Positions 40,874 through 53,485 of a stretch of DNA of 64,000 bases are shown in pieces. A program made the position numbers and the translations under genes. Origin of the DNA: Camelus ferus (Eukaryota). Numbering within the stretch: position 1 is the stretch's first letter; the number at the start of each line of letters is the position of its first letter. The notes beneath the pieces are model-generated. The model did no database searches. It saw only the letters and a program-made list of their open reading frames with translations, and had not been told where the DNA came from. The stretch is taken from positions 14,572,001 to 14,636,000 of the forward strand of contig NC_045698.1 in the NCBI RefSeq assembly GCF_009834535.1, in the 5' to 3' direction.

Positions 40874-42449
40874 ACTGAATTAGAACATCTACTTCTGAGG
40901 AACAAAATACATTTCAAAGGCTCTGCCTAAAATTGATGAGATCTCTTTTCTTTGATGAGACATAAAAAGGAAAGAAAAGATGGATATAGTGAGAACCATT
41001 ACTAGCCAGGCATTCTACAGGGCTTTTCTCTGGCTTAGCAGAACTGAGGAATGAGTCTTCAGGGTGGAGTCAACAACAGGCTAGCTAAAACTTTCTAACT
41101 CTATAGCTGAGAAATATTAATTTCCAGTTTCACTCTGATATTTTCTACTTTATTATCCTCCAAAAATTTGGGAGAAGCAAGTATATAGTTTCTGAAAATA
41201 AGGTATTTCTGTTTACTGATTTCATGGGGACTTGATTAGTTAAAACTTCACTGAATAGACATCGGGTGGCTAAACATCCTTCAGTGAATGTGCAGGTGAA
41301 ACACAATGCCAGGGTCACAGGGTTTTGGGGAATCATACAGAGCACAGCAGCTAAAGTGAAATGAAGGCTGGAGAAATATAGTGTAGGCAAAGGACACAAA
41401 TGTGCAAAGACACGGTTCTGAGAGTTTGGTATACCTGAGGCAATTCCAGAGTTCCATTTCGCATGGAATGAAGACTGACACAGACTGGAAAGCTAGACAA
41501 GTCCCATCACAAAACACCACCAATGCCATGCCATGAGTCTGAACAATGGGCATCTCTTAAAAGACAGAGATAGGGGCCTGGCAAGGCTAGACGTTCTTTT
41601 CTGTTTTTTCTGTTGTTGTTGCTGTTGTTGTTTTTACAAATTTGTTTATCTTTCTAAATATATAGACCAAAATGCACCATTCTCTCAATTTACAAATCCA
41701 GAAAAACTTTTGGTAACTTTAAAAGTAGGTACAGTTACATTTGTGGAAAATAGTTGATGAAATTAACATTGAAATGGAGACAAAGCCACAACTAATTGAT
41801 TTCACAGTCATAGTGCCTTAAGAAGCACCAGAATTAGTATCCAGAGCATCACTGTCACTGTGCGCCTGGGTACTATGTGCTTTATTTTATGTGTGAAATG
41901 GAACAGGGTCACACGTGTTTGTGTCTGTGTTTGTATGTATGTGTATTTACTTCCAAAGAGGGCATTAGACCTAAACAGAGAAAGCAATCAAAATAAATTC
42001 TTTGAAAGAACACAGCATACTTTTCACATGAAAAACAGCTAAATTGTTATGCATTGATTCCAAATTGTTGATTATTGATTCCAAACTCAAAACCTGCATA
42101 ATAGAGTCCAGACAATTCTCTGAGAGAACTGAATTCTGTTAGCTTCTTTCAGTTTCAAAACATCAAGGACTATTTTTATCCTTGCTATTTTGATTTCAGG
42201 GAATCACAAATCACAAATAAAAAAAATAAAGATAAAAGTATAATTTAGTTCAATAGCAAATTCAGAATTGCAAGTATTTAGATTGCCAAGCTGAAATTAT
42301 TATCAGTTCTATTCAATCAAGCGGTGTTTTTTCTGGTGTTTTCTGAGTGCATAACATCAATAAAAGTGATTAAAACAAATGCTTTATTGCTCAGGTGCAA
42401 TAAAGAAGGTTCTCACAACCAGAGGAATAGAAACAGTGTAAAATCTTAG

Positions 42450-42580
42450 CAGAGCTGAATATTAGCTCCATGAAGGCAGAAATTGTATCTATCTTGTTAA
42501 TTGTGATGCCACCAACACCTAGAATAGTGACAGCATCACAGGGCCCCATGGTACTTGTTGAGTGAAAAAATGAATCCAAT
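42450..42580 (+). mobile_element. L2 3' terminus
   Basis: AGCTCCATGAAGGCAGAAATTGTATC...CACCTAGAATAGTG...TTGTTGAGTGAA. Confidence 0.7.
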
Positions 42581-44748
42581 AGCTCTGGTGACATGCTGGG
42601 TTCGTCAGTGTACAACACTGCTATTGGCATTCCTGGAAGCCAACACCATGAATACCCAAGGAGGGGAACATATTCAGATGTTAGCGTGGCTATTCAGCAC
42701 CAATAATGTTGCACTACAGAATTAGAACTTTTAAACATATAATCAAAAGTGGCATATATATTGACATATGTTGATACAAAGTACAAGGAAATGGTATGAA
42801 GATGACATAACCCTCCAATTCCTTATGTAACAGAAGAATCATGGAAATGATATTCTCTTGGATAGAAGATACTGGAAATCTGCATCTCAAACATAGAATT
42901 ATTTGTGGGCATAAGTTACTTCCGTATCCAGGGCCACATTCAGTGGTATAATCTGATGCAGATGGTTCTGGGAGGTTCAATGATGCTGAAAGGCAAGTTA
43001 TGTCATATAAATAACAGTCACTTCCTCCAAAACTGTCATTTCTCCTAAGTTAGCGAATAAGAGAAAAACAAAACAAACAAAACTGAGCAAGGCAGAAAGC
43101 ACTTGCTGCCGACCACCTGGATTCCACTGATCTAGCTGTTACTGACTGTTGCCGGAAAGAAGCCTCACAGGAACAGCTCATTGTGCTCCTGGCAACTCAA
43201 GTCATAGGAGAAACAGCGATTATGCCAAATAAAAGTGCCAGCAATTGATGAACTGGCTGATGAGTGAGGACAAATAATCAGATTCAATGTATCAAATATA
43301 CAGACACTGCCAAAAAGTAACTTGGTGGTTCTTTTTTTAAGTTACCATCAAAATAACTGTATACATTTTTTTGCAAATGATAGTGTCTAAGGAACTAAGT
43401 GGAAAGAGGTCAGTTAAAAATATTTTAGGTCCTGGCTTTAAGAGGAACAGCCATCATAAATGTTAGAACTATATTTTTGGTATCCCAAAACGACACTTCA
43501 CAGTTTGCAATGACAATTTATTTGGTCAAGACAGACTTTGTGGCCACAAATTGTATAAAGCCTCTACCTGACTTCACTCTAACATGTCCAGGGACCACTC
43601 CAAGCACGCTTTCTTGTTCATTTGTTTTGTTTGTTTATTTAATTACGGTTCCCAGGGTATTTAACTGACAGTGAATGACAAACATCTACGTATTGTTTTC
43701 TTAAAGAGAATGTTTAGTGTCAATACTTGTATAGGCACGTTAGGCTGTCCTTTAAGAATCGCTAATAGAAGAAATTCAGAATAATCCGTCTATAATTATG
43801 TGTCTCTTTTTAGGATTAGTTCTTAAATATTACCTCCTCCATATCACTCCATGCTTTCATAGTAGTTGCCTGTTTTCCTCATATTTCAGTTGTATATTAA
43901 TTTCTCTATCTTTAGTTGATAAATGTATTTTAATCAGGAAATTCTATTGTTGACCTTGAAGTCTTGAGTGGTTCTTAGAAAGTTTAGAAACATTCTAACC
44001 CTCTGTTTCCCTCTCTCTCCTGTTCTCTCACCCATGAATGTAAATGCTTGAATTTTATATTGAATTACAAGAAAGGTAGGATTTTTATCTCCATCTATCA
44101 AGCACTAAATGAGCCTAGTAAGTTTCTACAAAATAAAAAAATATATCTCTTTAGACATAATTTTCCTATTTGTAACAGGAGAGATTTGGATGACAATTTA
44201 TATAAAACCCTTTCTAACTCTAATAATCTAGTATCTCCCTTTATTCCTAGACCTTATAGATCAAAAATTTTCCAATTGTGTTATAGACATTTGAGGAATT
44301 CCCAGCCAGCGTTACACTTGACCATGCCAAGGGGTGATAAGCCAGAATATCTGAGATAATTCCGTTACAATGTCAAATGTATTTTCAGAACCTTCACGAA
44401 TTACTTTAGCTGCTTAATAAAAACCACCTATTTACTCAGAAACCAAACTTTGAAATGTGTGAAGAATCTTCATCTGAAAATCATGTAGTGTTTGTTTAAA
44501 TAAGTGAGAGGCTGGGCTTTTCTTGTGTGAACTATTCAATGGGGAATCTTAAATGAACTGCTTAAACACACATCTAACACAAAAATGTTTCACAGATTTT
44601 CAAAATCCTTCACAAATCAGTTTACATGTTCTGCTTTTATCTCCTTGAATAGAAATGAGATACCAATATCAAAGACTAATATCCTTACCTGTGGCAGTCA
44701 AGGAGATTTTTTTAAAAAAGAAAAATGGATTAAAAATTTCAGAAACTT

Positions 44749-45877
44749 TTCAAAAATTTTCTCCTAGAAGAAATAAAAGCAAGAATAAACAAATGGGACC
44801 TAATGAAACTTACAAGCTTCTGCACAGCAAAGGAAACCAGAAGTAAAACAAAAAGAAAACCTACGGAATGGGAGAAAATTTTTGCAAGTGAAACTGACAA
44901 AGGCTTGATCTCCAGAATATATAAGCAGCTCATACGACTCAATAAGAAAAAAATAAACAACCCAATCCAAAAATGGGCAGAAGACCTAAACAAGCAATTC
45001 TCCAAGGAAGACATACAAATGATCAAAAAGCACATGAAAAAATGTTCAATATCACTAATTACCAGAAAAATGCAAATCAAAACTACAATGAGGTATCACC
45101 TCACACCAGTCAGAATGGCCGTCATTCAAAAATCCACAAATGACAAATGCTGGAGAGGCTGTGGAGAAAGGGGAACCCTCCTACACTGCTGGTGGGAATG
45201 CAGTTTGGTGCAGCCACTATGGAAAACAGTGTGGAGATTCCTCAAAAGACTAGGAATAGACTTACCATATGACCCAGGAATCCCAGTCCTGGGCTTGTAT
45301 CCAGAAGGAAATCTACTTCAGGATGACACCTGCACCCCAATGTTCATAGCAGCACTATTTACAATAGCCAAAACATGGAAACAGCCTAAATGTCCATCAA
45401 CAGGTGACTGGATAAAGAAGAGGTGGTATATTTATACAATGGAATACTACTCAGCCATAAAAACCGACAACATAATGCCATTTGCAGCAACATGGATGCT
45501 CCTGGAGAATGTCATTCTAAGTGAAGTAAGCCAGAAAGAGAAAGAAAAATACCATATGAAATTGCTCATATGCGGAATCTAAAAAACAAAAACAAAAACA
45601 AACAAACAAAAACAAAGCGTAAATACAGGACAGAAATAGACTCACAGACAGAGAATACAGACTTGTGGTTACCGGGGGGTGGAGGGTGGGAAGGGATAGC
45701 CTGGGATTTCAAAATTGTAGAATAGATAAACAAGATTACACAAAATGTTATGATAACTCACAGAGAAAAAAATGTGACAATGAGTGTGTATATGTCCATG
45801 AATAACTGAAAAATTGTGATGAACACTGGACTTTGACACAACATTGTAAAATGATTATAAATCAATAAAAAATGTTA
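44749..45877 (+). mobile_element. Young 5'-truncated LINE-1 (~1.1 kb)
   Basis: Uninterrupted ORF2 C-terminus, 3'UTR, AATAAA ~45864; TT/AAAA endonuclease site at 44730-35; TSD AAAAATTTCAGAAACTT (44732-48) vs AAAAAATTCAGAACTT (45878-93). Confidence 0.95.
44803..45582 (+). pseudogene. L1 ORF2 C-terminal fragment with CCHC knuckle
   Basis: [18 protein letters not shown] motif; ends at the native-type ICGI* stop; frame open from 44749. Confidence 0.93.
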
Positions 45878-47074
45878 AAAAAATTCAGAACTTAAATATA
45901 TCTTAAGTTAAACATTAAATAATACTATGTTTTATAAGGAATTTACATTTAGTAGATTTGAAAATTTTCACCATTTAATTAAAAAAAAAACAAAAAAATA
46001 CTGATCTATGTTGCTACAACATTTGTGTATAGCACCCTGTATACCAACGAGGGCTTGAGAATTGTGTAACATGCAGGAAACAAATTCTCAGAATCCCTTC
46101 TGAGTTGGAGGTTTAAGCGAAATCTGCACCTGGGAGCAATCAGATGATTAATTTCAATAAAAAAGGAAAAGGCAGGCATCACTGGAGTTTTAAGATAGGA
46201 TGAAATTTTGATACAAGGATAAGATCCTTTAGGAAAACAAAAATACAAATAGCCATAAGAAAAGGATATTCTAATACTATTAAATGTCTCTTTAAGGGAC
46301 CATATCTGAAATAGTAAATATGAAAATCTTTCTCCACTCATAATGTCCTTCAACTGAAAGGAAGCCAAAATTGGCAAAAATTTGCAAGTGACAATAAACT
46401 CACTTCAAGTACTGGGCTGACACAGGCTTAAGTACAGGAAAACCACCGAAGCAGGGGAAGTAGAATTGTATAAACTGTCAAACTCAATTCATGTAAGAGT
46501 GTTGATCTAATTAAGCATAAAATCAGCAGTGTTATTTTTTAAATTTTTTATTAAGTTCATATTTTCAAATTGGAAGTGTACATTTGAGAAGGTCTTTAAT
46601 TCTTTAAGAACAAAATAGAATTATTTTAAAATAAAACACATTTATCTACTCATCATTCACTAAGATTGGGCAACTCGCTAAGTGAGTTGATCTGGTGGCC
46701 ATGCCAATCTCCTCTAGTAGACTGCGGTGCTATAATTCACCTTACTCATTCCTGCATAGTGCATAGCACTTACCAGCATGTATCATCTTAATAAATTAAT
46801 AAATGGAAGTTTATTATCTGATCAAAGCGTTGAAGAAACATTAGAGTTGGATGAAGCACCACCTTATTTCCTTTGCACACATTTGTACCTTCTAACAAGA
46901 CCTTTTCTTAGTTATACCTGATTACCTAATCCTTGAGATAAATTATGAGATTCAAAAATCATCTATGGTTGGCAGTGGAGGGAACATATGGAATCCAGTG
47001 GATTTTTCTTCCTCACCATCAACAGTTAAGTCTCCGGTTGGCTCATCAGAATCATATAAGATGTTTTAAGCCTT

Positions 47075-47078
<4 letters not shown>

Positions 47079-47109
<31 letters not shown>
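47079..47109. repeat. (TG)15 microsatellite
   Basis: Directly visible. Confidence 0.98.
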
Positions 47110-47111
<2 letters not shown>

Positions 47112-47758
47112 ATTGCTGTTCAGTAAGTCTTTATTTGATATGAAAAAAAACTAAAAAGAATTCCAAAGTAGAGATGCAGCCAATCTGGCAGTCAAGGAAC
47201 ATCACTGATATGCTGACAAACACATCAGCAAAAAGCAAGAGTTGGTTGTAAATGAGGTAGCATTCATTTATATACAATGGTCATTTGCAGACAGAGCCAC
47301 AAATATTAAGCTTTGTTGACCATCCATGGCTTTCTCTCCAAGGTCAATCAAATCTCCGTGATCCTTGTGCTTTTACACACAGTTTTTAATAGAGGAACAT
47401 TTTCTTCATTCACTTTAGTGTTTTCTGCAGTTCCTGCCTTCTAAACAATCTCAAATTAAAAGTAATGGAGAAAATGACTTCTGGGTTACAGAAATCTCTG
47501 TTACAAAGACTAAATGTTAGAACACCATTTAGAGTTCATTTCTTAACTTAACAACTTTGATTATTTGGTTTCTTAAACACTACAGATTAGAAAAAGAAAA
47601 TTAAAAGGAAGAGACCTGCAAGGAACAGTTCCCTAGAACTCGCTCTGCAGGGAAACAGAGTGACAGACACAAACTGACATCAGGATGCATGCATCACATT
47701 CAGTAATATGTGGTCTTCATAATGACTTTGCGTATAGATGGAAAATTATTCTTCCATT

Positions 47759-48130
47759 TGTCAAAAATGGCAAGGAAGACTTACAAAGACTATATTAATA
47801 GGGGTCAAGAATATTGAAATAGGAAGAGAGATTGAACTCAACTACAAATACAAGGACAAGTGGGGATTCATAGCCAATGAAAAGAGTAAGGAAGTCAATG
47901 GAAAATTACTTAAGAGCACCTTGGTTAGTGTGGAGGTTGGGGAAAGAGGAGCTTGACTGGATATGAAGGGTGGGAGGATTCTCAATCAACTGGTTCTTCA
48001 GGATTTTTCCCAAAACCGGCCAAGGTCAGGGGGCCAAGACAAGGGACATGGGGCAAGGATGACGCTTAGTAGTGAAGTGGGCTCAGAGGACCCTGAAATC
48101 AGAGTTTGGTCAAGGATGAAGTTTTTGTCC
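47759..48130 (-). mobile_element. ERV1 LTR, MER31/MER67-like
   Basis: Reverse complement begins GACAAAAACTTCATCCTTGACCAAACTCTG...TCCTCTGAGCCC, like the recalled MER31/MER67 5' end. Confidence 0.7.
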
Positions 48131-49060
48131 ATCATCCTCAAGAAAAGGTTCTTTGTACTTTAAAAGAAGTTGGAGAATCACATGCAGCCTTTGAGAAAAA
48201 ATGTTTGTTAAAAATGCTTATTTCCCCCCAGATATTCCAATACCATGGCAGTCTCCCACTACGCACAAAAACGCACTCATCTATAGCACTTTACTTCCTA
48301 ACAATGCTTTTCAAAATTTAGTAACACAACAAATAAAATAAATGTCTTTGACTTTTCCAAGATTCAAAAAGGTGCATGGAAGAAGGATTAAAATGTCTGG
48401 GTGAATTGTGTAATAACCATTATTTATCCTTTCATGAACAAAGTCACAAATATTTTATGACAGTTTAAACACAGTCAAGAATAAATTAGCAAGAAGGAGG
48501 CAAATTAACATTTGCCTGTAGTGCAGTCTTGCATATATCAAAAAAGAAACTGCTAAGAAATTTCCTGCTCGTGGCTGAACGGTTTTAAAAGTCAGACAAC
48601 TTATTTTATAGAGATGGCTTACTCTCCTAGTTGAAAATAGGTTGACAGGTCAAAATTTGGAAGTTGCTTTTTAGCTTTTGCCTTTGTTATCTTGAAATGC
48701 TTTCCTTCCTCTGAATTATTTTTCTTCTTTCCATTTTTTCTGTTAATTTATACTTTTTCCCTTCCTTGTTAAATTTCTTCCTCCTCCATCCCTTCTTTCC
48801 TTGGATGTTTGTTTCAATATCCTGTTTTTGGTTTGTTTTTTTGTTTCTGTTTTTTGGTTTTTTTCTACCTCCATCTTACATATAAATATTTTAATGATCA
48901 TTCTCTCTCTCACTTCCCAAACTTACTCATTCCTTATGACTTTCTTTGATCTTGAGCTGACTCCTTTTCAATTTTATATACAAATACCATTTAAAAGCTA
49001 CAGTAAGTTTATCTTAAAGTATATCACTCATCTCTGAATTGACGGATCTATACTCTGCTT

Positions 49061-50150
49061 TGTAATGATGTGGCTGGAATTGTGGACACTATATTTCTCA
49101 TTTTTTCACAGGGTTGCTTCTTAAGTTTCACCAGTTTGGGGTAGTAGATTAAAACTGGAAGGTAGGAAGAGGGAGTCGAAAAGCCTTATTCCTTCTGTTT
49201 ACCTGTAGCTCCAGGCGTCATCACTCCATCCTCTCTCCAGCAATGGCCTTTCACCCAGCAGTAACAGTTATCCCCGGTCTCCAGCAACTTTAGCTTTTCA
49301 GGAACGAACATCACTGTCTGCCTTCAGAGATAACTAGCACTCTCTGGGAGATAGTCCATTTCCAGAGGTTTGGACCCAAACTCTGTGGTGTCCAATCTGT
49401 GATCTTCTAAGGTGTCAAGTATAGCCAAGCAGTGTCTCCTTTTCAAAGTTTGCAGCCAAACTTGAAAGTTGAAATCCCCTTCACTAAACTCCTGTACTCT
49501 TAGCTGCAGCTGCAGGACCCCTTCTCAGAGATCTGAGTCTCAATTCTGCAGGGCACCTTCTCTGAGTCTCCATACTCTGGAAGTTCCATCCCTTTCCTTT
49601 GTGCCTCAAGTCTTAAGCATGTCACTTTGTTGTATCTTACTATTTTGATCTTTCCACTTTCCAACAACTTTTTTATCCAATTAAGTATTCTAAATTCTTT
49701 CTGCTGCATATTTAGTATGATTTATCTATTCCTAATTGGACCCTGAGTTTGATACCATATTGGCATCAAGCATATGCCCAGGAAGCACAGCTTCATAAAT
49801 GAGATTGATGGATTGGTTTTGCTGTGTCATTGGCCTTGAACACTGTGCCTCACTCCTTATCACTGGGAAATGAGAAATCAGTAATTTAGGGGATGCCAGG
49901 CATCATGCAATTAAATTTTCACCTGTGGTCGATTGTGATCAAGACACTGTGGAATCAAGAGTCTGCTTTTGATGCATACAGGCTAGGGTATCTTCTTCTG
50001 ACTGCACGGAGAGCATGCAGAAAATAAATGACAAGCTCAAGGCTTTAAACTCTTAGCTCCACTGACAGAAAAAGAACAAGCAATCTTCTATAGCTCTCTA
50101 AGAGAATTTCTTATTTCACTGAAAATAAAAATTTAATTTTGTGAGTTCAG
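49061..50150 (+). mobile_element. ERVL-class (LTR16/LTR33 group) LTR with adjoining internal gag-like remnant
   Basis: LTR end TTCCTAATTGGACCCTGAGTTTGATAC ~49730-49757; internal frameshifted peptide GYLLLTA/ESMQKINDKLKALNS*L at ~49986-50059. Confidence 0.6.
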
Positions 50151-51229
50151 AAATAAAGCCAAAATCAAGTTGACAAACTCACCAGGCTGGACAACCCAAG
50201 ATTTAGAAAAAGAAGGAAGTATTATAGCATGCCTGGAGGACATCTTATTTCTTTGTTTTTGATACTCCTGTGTCTGCTAGTCACAAAACATCAGAGTAAG
50301 CAGAAGTGAACAAAATAGTGATCCCACTGTACTGTCCAAAAAGGTAATGTTAGCCTGGATTATCTGCACTGAGGTAGTAGAAGACACAATGGACATGGTT
50401 ACAATCGTGCAGGGAGAGTTGTTAAGTGAGAAGAGATACTTCCAGAGGGTAATATGTCCATTTCACTTGATCTGAGAAATAAGTGGGAAATTTTATGAAA
50501 GAAGCTGATAAACCCTTGAATAGTGGGAAAGGTGAGTGGGTCTACTGCAGATTATGGCTCTGGTATGTATTTCCTATTTCATTTTCTTTTGTTGGGTCTC
50601 CTCACCAGCACTGATTCACTGACCCAATATCCATTGTTTATCAATGTCCTCTTTTACTTTCTCCCTCTTCATTCAGCAAAGTTATCAACATAAACTCTTC
50701 CCCCACCAACACTTGGTACTCCAGTTCCCTGTATCTTCTTTTGTTTTTATCCAGTTTAATTTATCTGAAAAAACTTGACTTTAATTCTATTAATCATTTA
50801 TTTGAAGAGCAGAAAGTATCGTACCATTTGAAAATGCTGTCCTTCTATTCATTCATGCATGTTATTTTGAAAGTAAACATGAGTGGTTTGAGGGTTTTTT
50901 CAAATCCTTTACACTTTATCTTTAAAATATGTTACTTAAAATATCTATAAATCTATAGCTCTATATCAAGGAAACTATATCAAACATAAATTTGTACATA
51001 TAATTGTACTGTCCTTTAAATGATCTCTAACCTTCTTCAAGCATAACAAAAATGCTTGCTATAGCCAAGGAAATTATTTTACTTAAAAGGTGAATTGTGA
51101 CTGACATCCACCTTTACTTAGAAAATTATGCATCTCAGACCATAAAAAATGTTTGCCAAAAAAATATCTCTGTTGGGATCCTGCCTGACACTTATCAGAC
51201 TCTGCTGGTACCCAGACATTTGCTTCTCA

Positions 51230-51600
51230 CCTCCCTTACTGATGCTGGGAAGACAAATACAGTACTTATTTTCATAGACCCCCTTACAGCTGGACATGGC
51301 ATGTGATCCAGTTCCAGTGAGCATAAGCAGAAATTTGCAAGGGGTGGAGGAAGGGAGGTGTAGGGGGAGAACTTATGAAAAGCTTTGACTTTTCTAATTA
51401 ATCAAAACAATAATCATAACGATGAAAAAGGAACAGATGCAGCCAGCGAAGCCATTCCTTCTTGTCAAGATTTTACTGCCCTAAACTTAAGTATGATATC
51501 CGGTTGCTGCAGCTATCCTGAGAGAGAGAGTAAGAAGCATGTAGGAAAGTCCAAGCAGAGTTTCCTGCTCTATGGAGCTAAAGGAATTCCTTACCTTTAC
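51230..51600 (+). mobile_element. Ancient MaLR LTR (MLT1J/K-like)
   Basis: CCCCTTACAGCTGGACATGGCATGTGATCCAGTTC...TAAGCAGAA...GAAAAGCTTTGACTTTTCT...GCTGCAGCTATCCTG. Confidence 0.55.
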
Positions 51601-52899
51601 AGAGAGAAATTATGCATGATTTTCAGGTCATTATTCTATGTGCTTGAGAAAATGGGAGTAAATTTATGATACCATGAATTGTTTTGCACATTTATTAAAA
51701 TTTTGATAAAACATGTCTTCTTTTAACTTGATGCATCAATGTAGTTGCTAACATATGTCTTGTGTCCAGCTTACATCTCCTCCCTACAATAAAAATCTGA
51801 TTTCTATCATAAGTAACATTTCATTTTCTAGAGCTAGTTTTTTTCTTTCTATTTTTATTTGGAGGCAATTTGTTGAGTATCAGGTAGTAATTTTTTTTTC
51901 TTGAAACGGTATAGTTGCTGCAGTTTTAAGGTTTTTTATTTATGCTGAATAATAAGAAATTAATAATTTTATGTTTAGTATTCTGTTCATGAATTCAGAA
52001 AGATATGACTAAACATATATACTCAGGACTTGAAACAAGTTATATAGAAATTCAAGAAATATAATAAAGGTTTAAAATTTAAATTGTGATTCAATGTCAT
52101 AACATCTTTCTAAATATGGATTAATAGTTTATAATTGATCTAGATCATATTTTTAAATATAATAGTTTTTACTATGTCATTAAAAGCAAGATATTCAAAA
52201 CATTTTTTAAAGGTGAAAAAAGTCTACACTATATGTGTCTGTGTTTATACATATTAGCATTCAGATACATTTTTGTAGGTGTACAACTAATTCTTGTGGA
52301 TTTAGTTAGAAAAAATAATATAATTTAAATTTTATAGATGACTAAAAAATACTACCACAAAGAGTATGGCAAAAATAAGCAAACCTCATTAAATATCTTC
52401 CAAATTTATATACAAAGAATAAAATATTAGAAAATATCATTTACTTACTCATGGTAAAATGTGGATAATTTATCATGTCATAAGACAATAACAGAAATAT
52501 TTGCCTTACTTGCTAAGATTCAATCTTGTGTTTCCACACATTTCCACATTTTGAAAATCAACACAATGGTATGCCTAAGTTATTTTTTAACCTTCAGAAA
52601 CTAAAGGTATATTTAAAGTATTTTGTTTTACCAAGAGTCTTATCATGCTGTATAATTTCATATGGGATTATATGGTAAGTACTTTCCACATTTTCCATGA
52701 AACCCAACTTCTTGCATTAAGCAACTATGAAATAAAAAGGCACGGAAACATCTGCCACCAATGCAAAAATAAAACCAAACAAAATAATTCATATTAAAAG
52801 GAAATTAACACAGTTACACTCTGAACCCATCTCTGATATCTATGGATGCAGCTGCTGCAGGTCACCTCCTATCATTTGCATCTTCATTCACTGACACAT

Positions 52900-53118
52900 A
52901 AGACACAGGTTCACTACCCTGCTGTGTCCTCCTCTAGCCCTCAGGATGCTTGTATTAAAACACTCATTATTTTTTACTCTAATTACTTTATTTATTTATT
53001 TATTTATTTTTACTACTCAGTACATTTCCTGAGAGCAGGACTTGTGTTGGTTTTTTCAGTACATATCACGGTGCATGGCATATAGCAGGTGATCAATTAG
53101 TGTTTGTTGACTGAATGC
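52900..53118 (+). mobile_element. L2 3' terminus
   Basis: TTCCTGAGAGCAGGACTTGTG...TGCATGGCATATAGCAGGTGATCAATTAGTGTTTGTTGACTGAATG. Confidence 0.75.
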
Positions 53119-53329
53119 AGGATTGTGATAAGGTCTTTCCAGTCATTACTGAGAAGTTTTGATTTCCAAAGCAGGTCCAGTCATAAGAGTTTAAATATTC
53201 ATCATGGATGAATTAGAGGACACAGAATTCTTTTTAGAATCTGGGTAAGATTTCCTGAGCTGTTGAACATAAAATTTAATGACTGAAATTTATAATTGAC
53301 AGTAAAATTATTTTGGACTCATAGGGTTT

Positions 53330-53485
53330 CAAAGAAGGTAATTATGTGAGGTGATGGGTATATTATCTAACCTTATTTTGGTAGTCATCTTGCCATATAC
53401 AAATGTAGCAAAGCATCAACTTGTACACTTTAAAGTTATACAATATATGTCAATCATATCTCAATAAAGCTGGAAAAAATAAAAA
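53330..53485 (+). mobile_element. Old L1 (L1MA9/L1MB-type) 3' end
   Basis: GGTAATTATGTGAGGTGATGG...TATGTCAATCATATCTCAATAAAGCTGGAAAAA. Confidence 0.8.

Noticed and set aside
43257..43275. Hammerhead-like CTGATGAGTGAGGACAAAT
   Set aside because: Stem II cannot form and the required GAAA is absent; the other plus-strand CTGATGA sites checked (~3320, 6392, 21110, 28902, 33013) also lack stem II followed by GAAA
50370..50381. let-7-like TGAGGTAGTAGA
   Set aside because: Only the first 12 nt match, the 3' half diverges, and no precursor hairpin is evident
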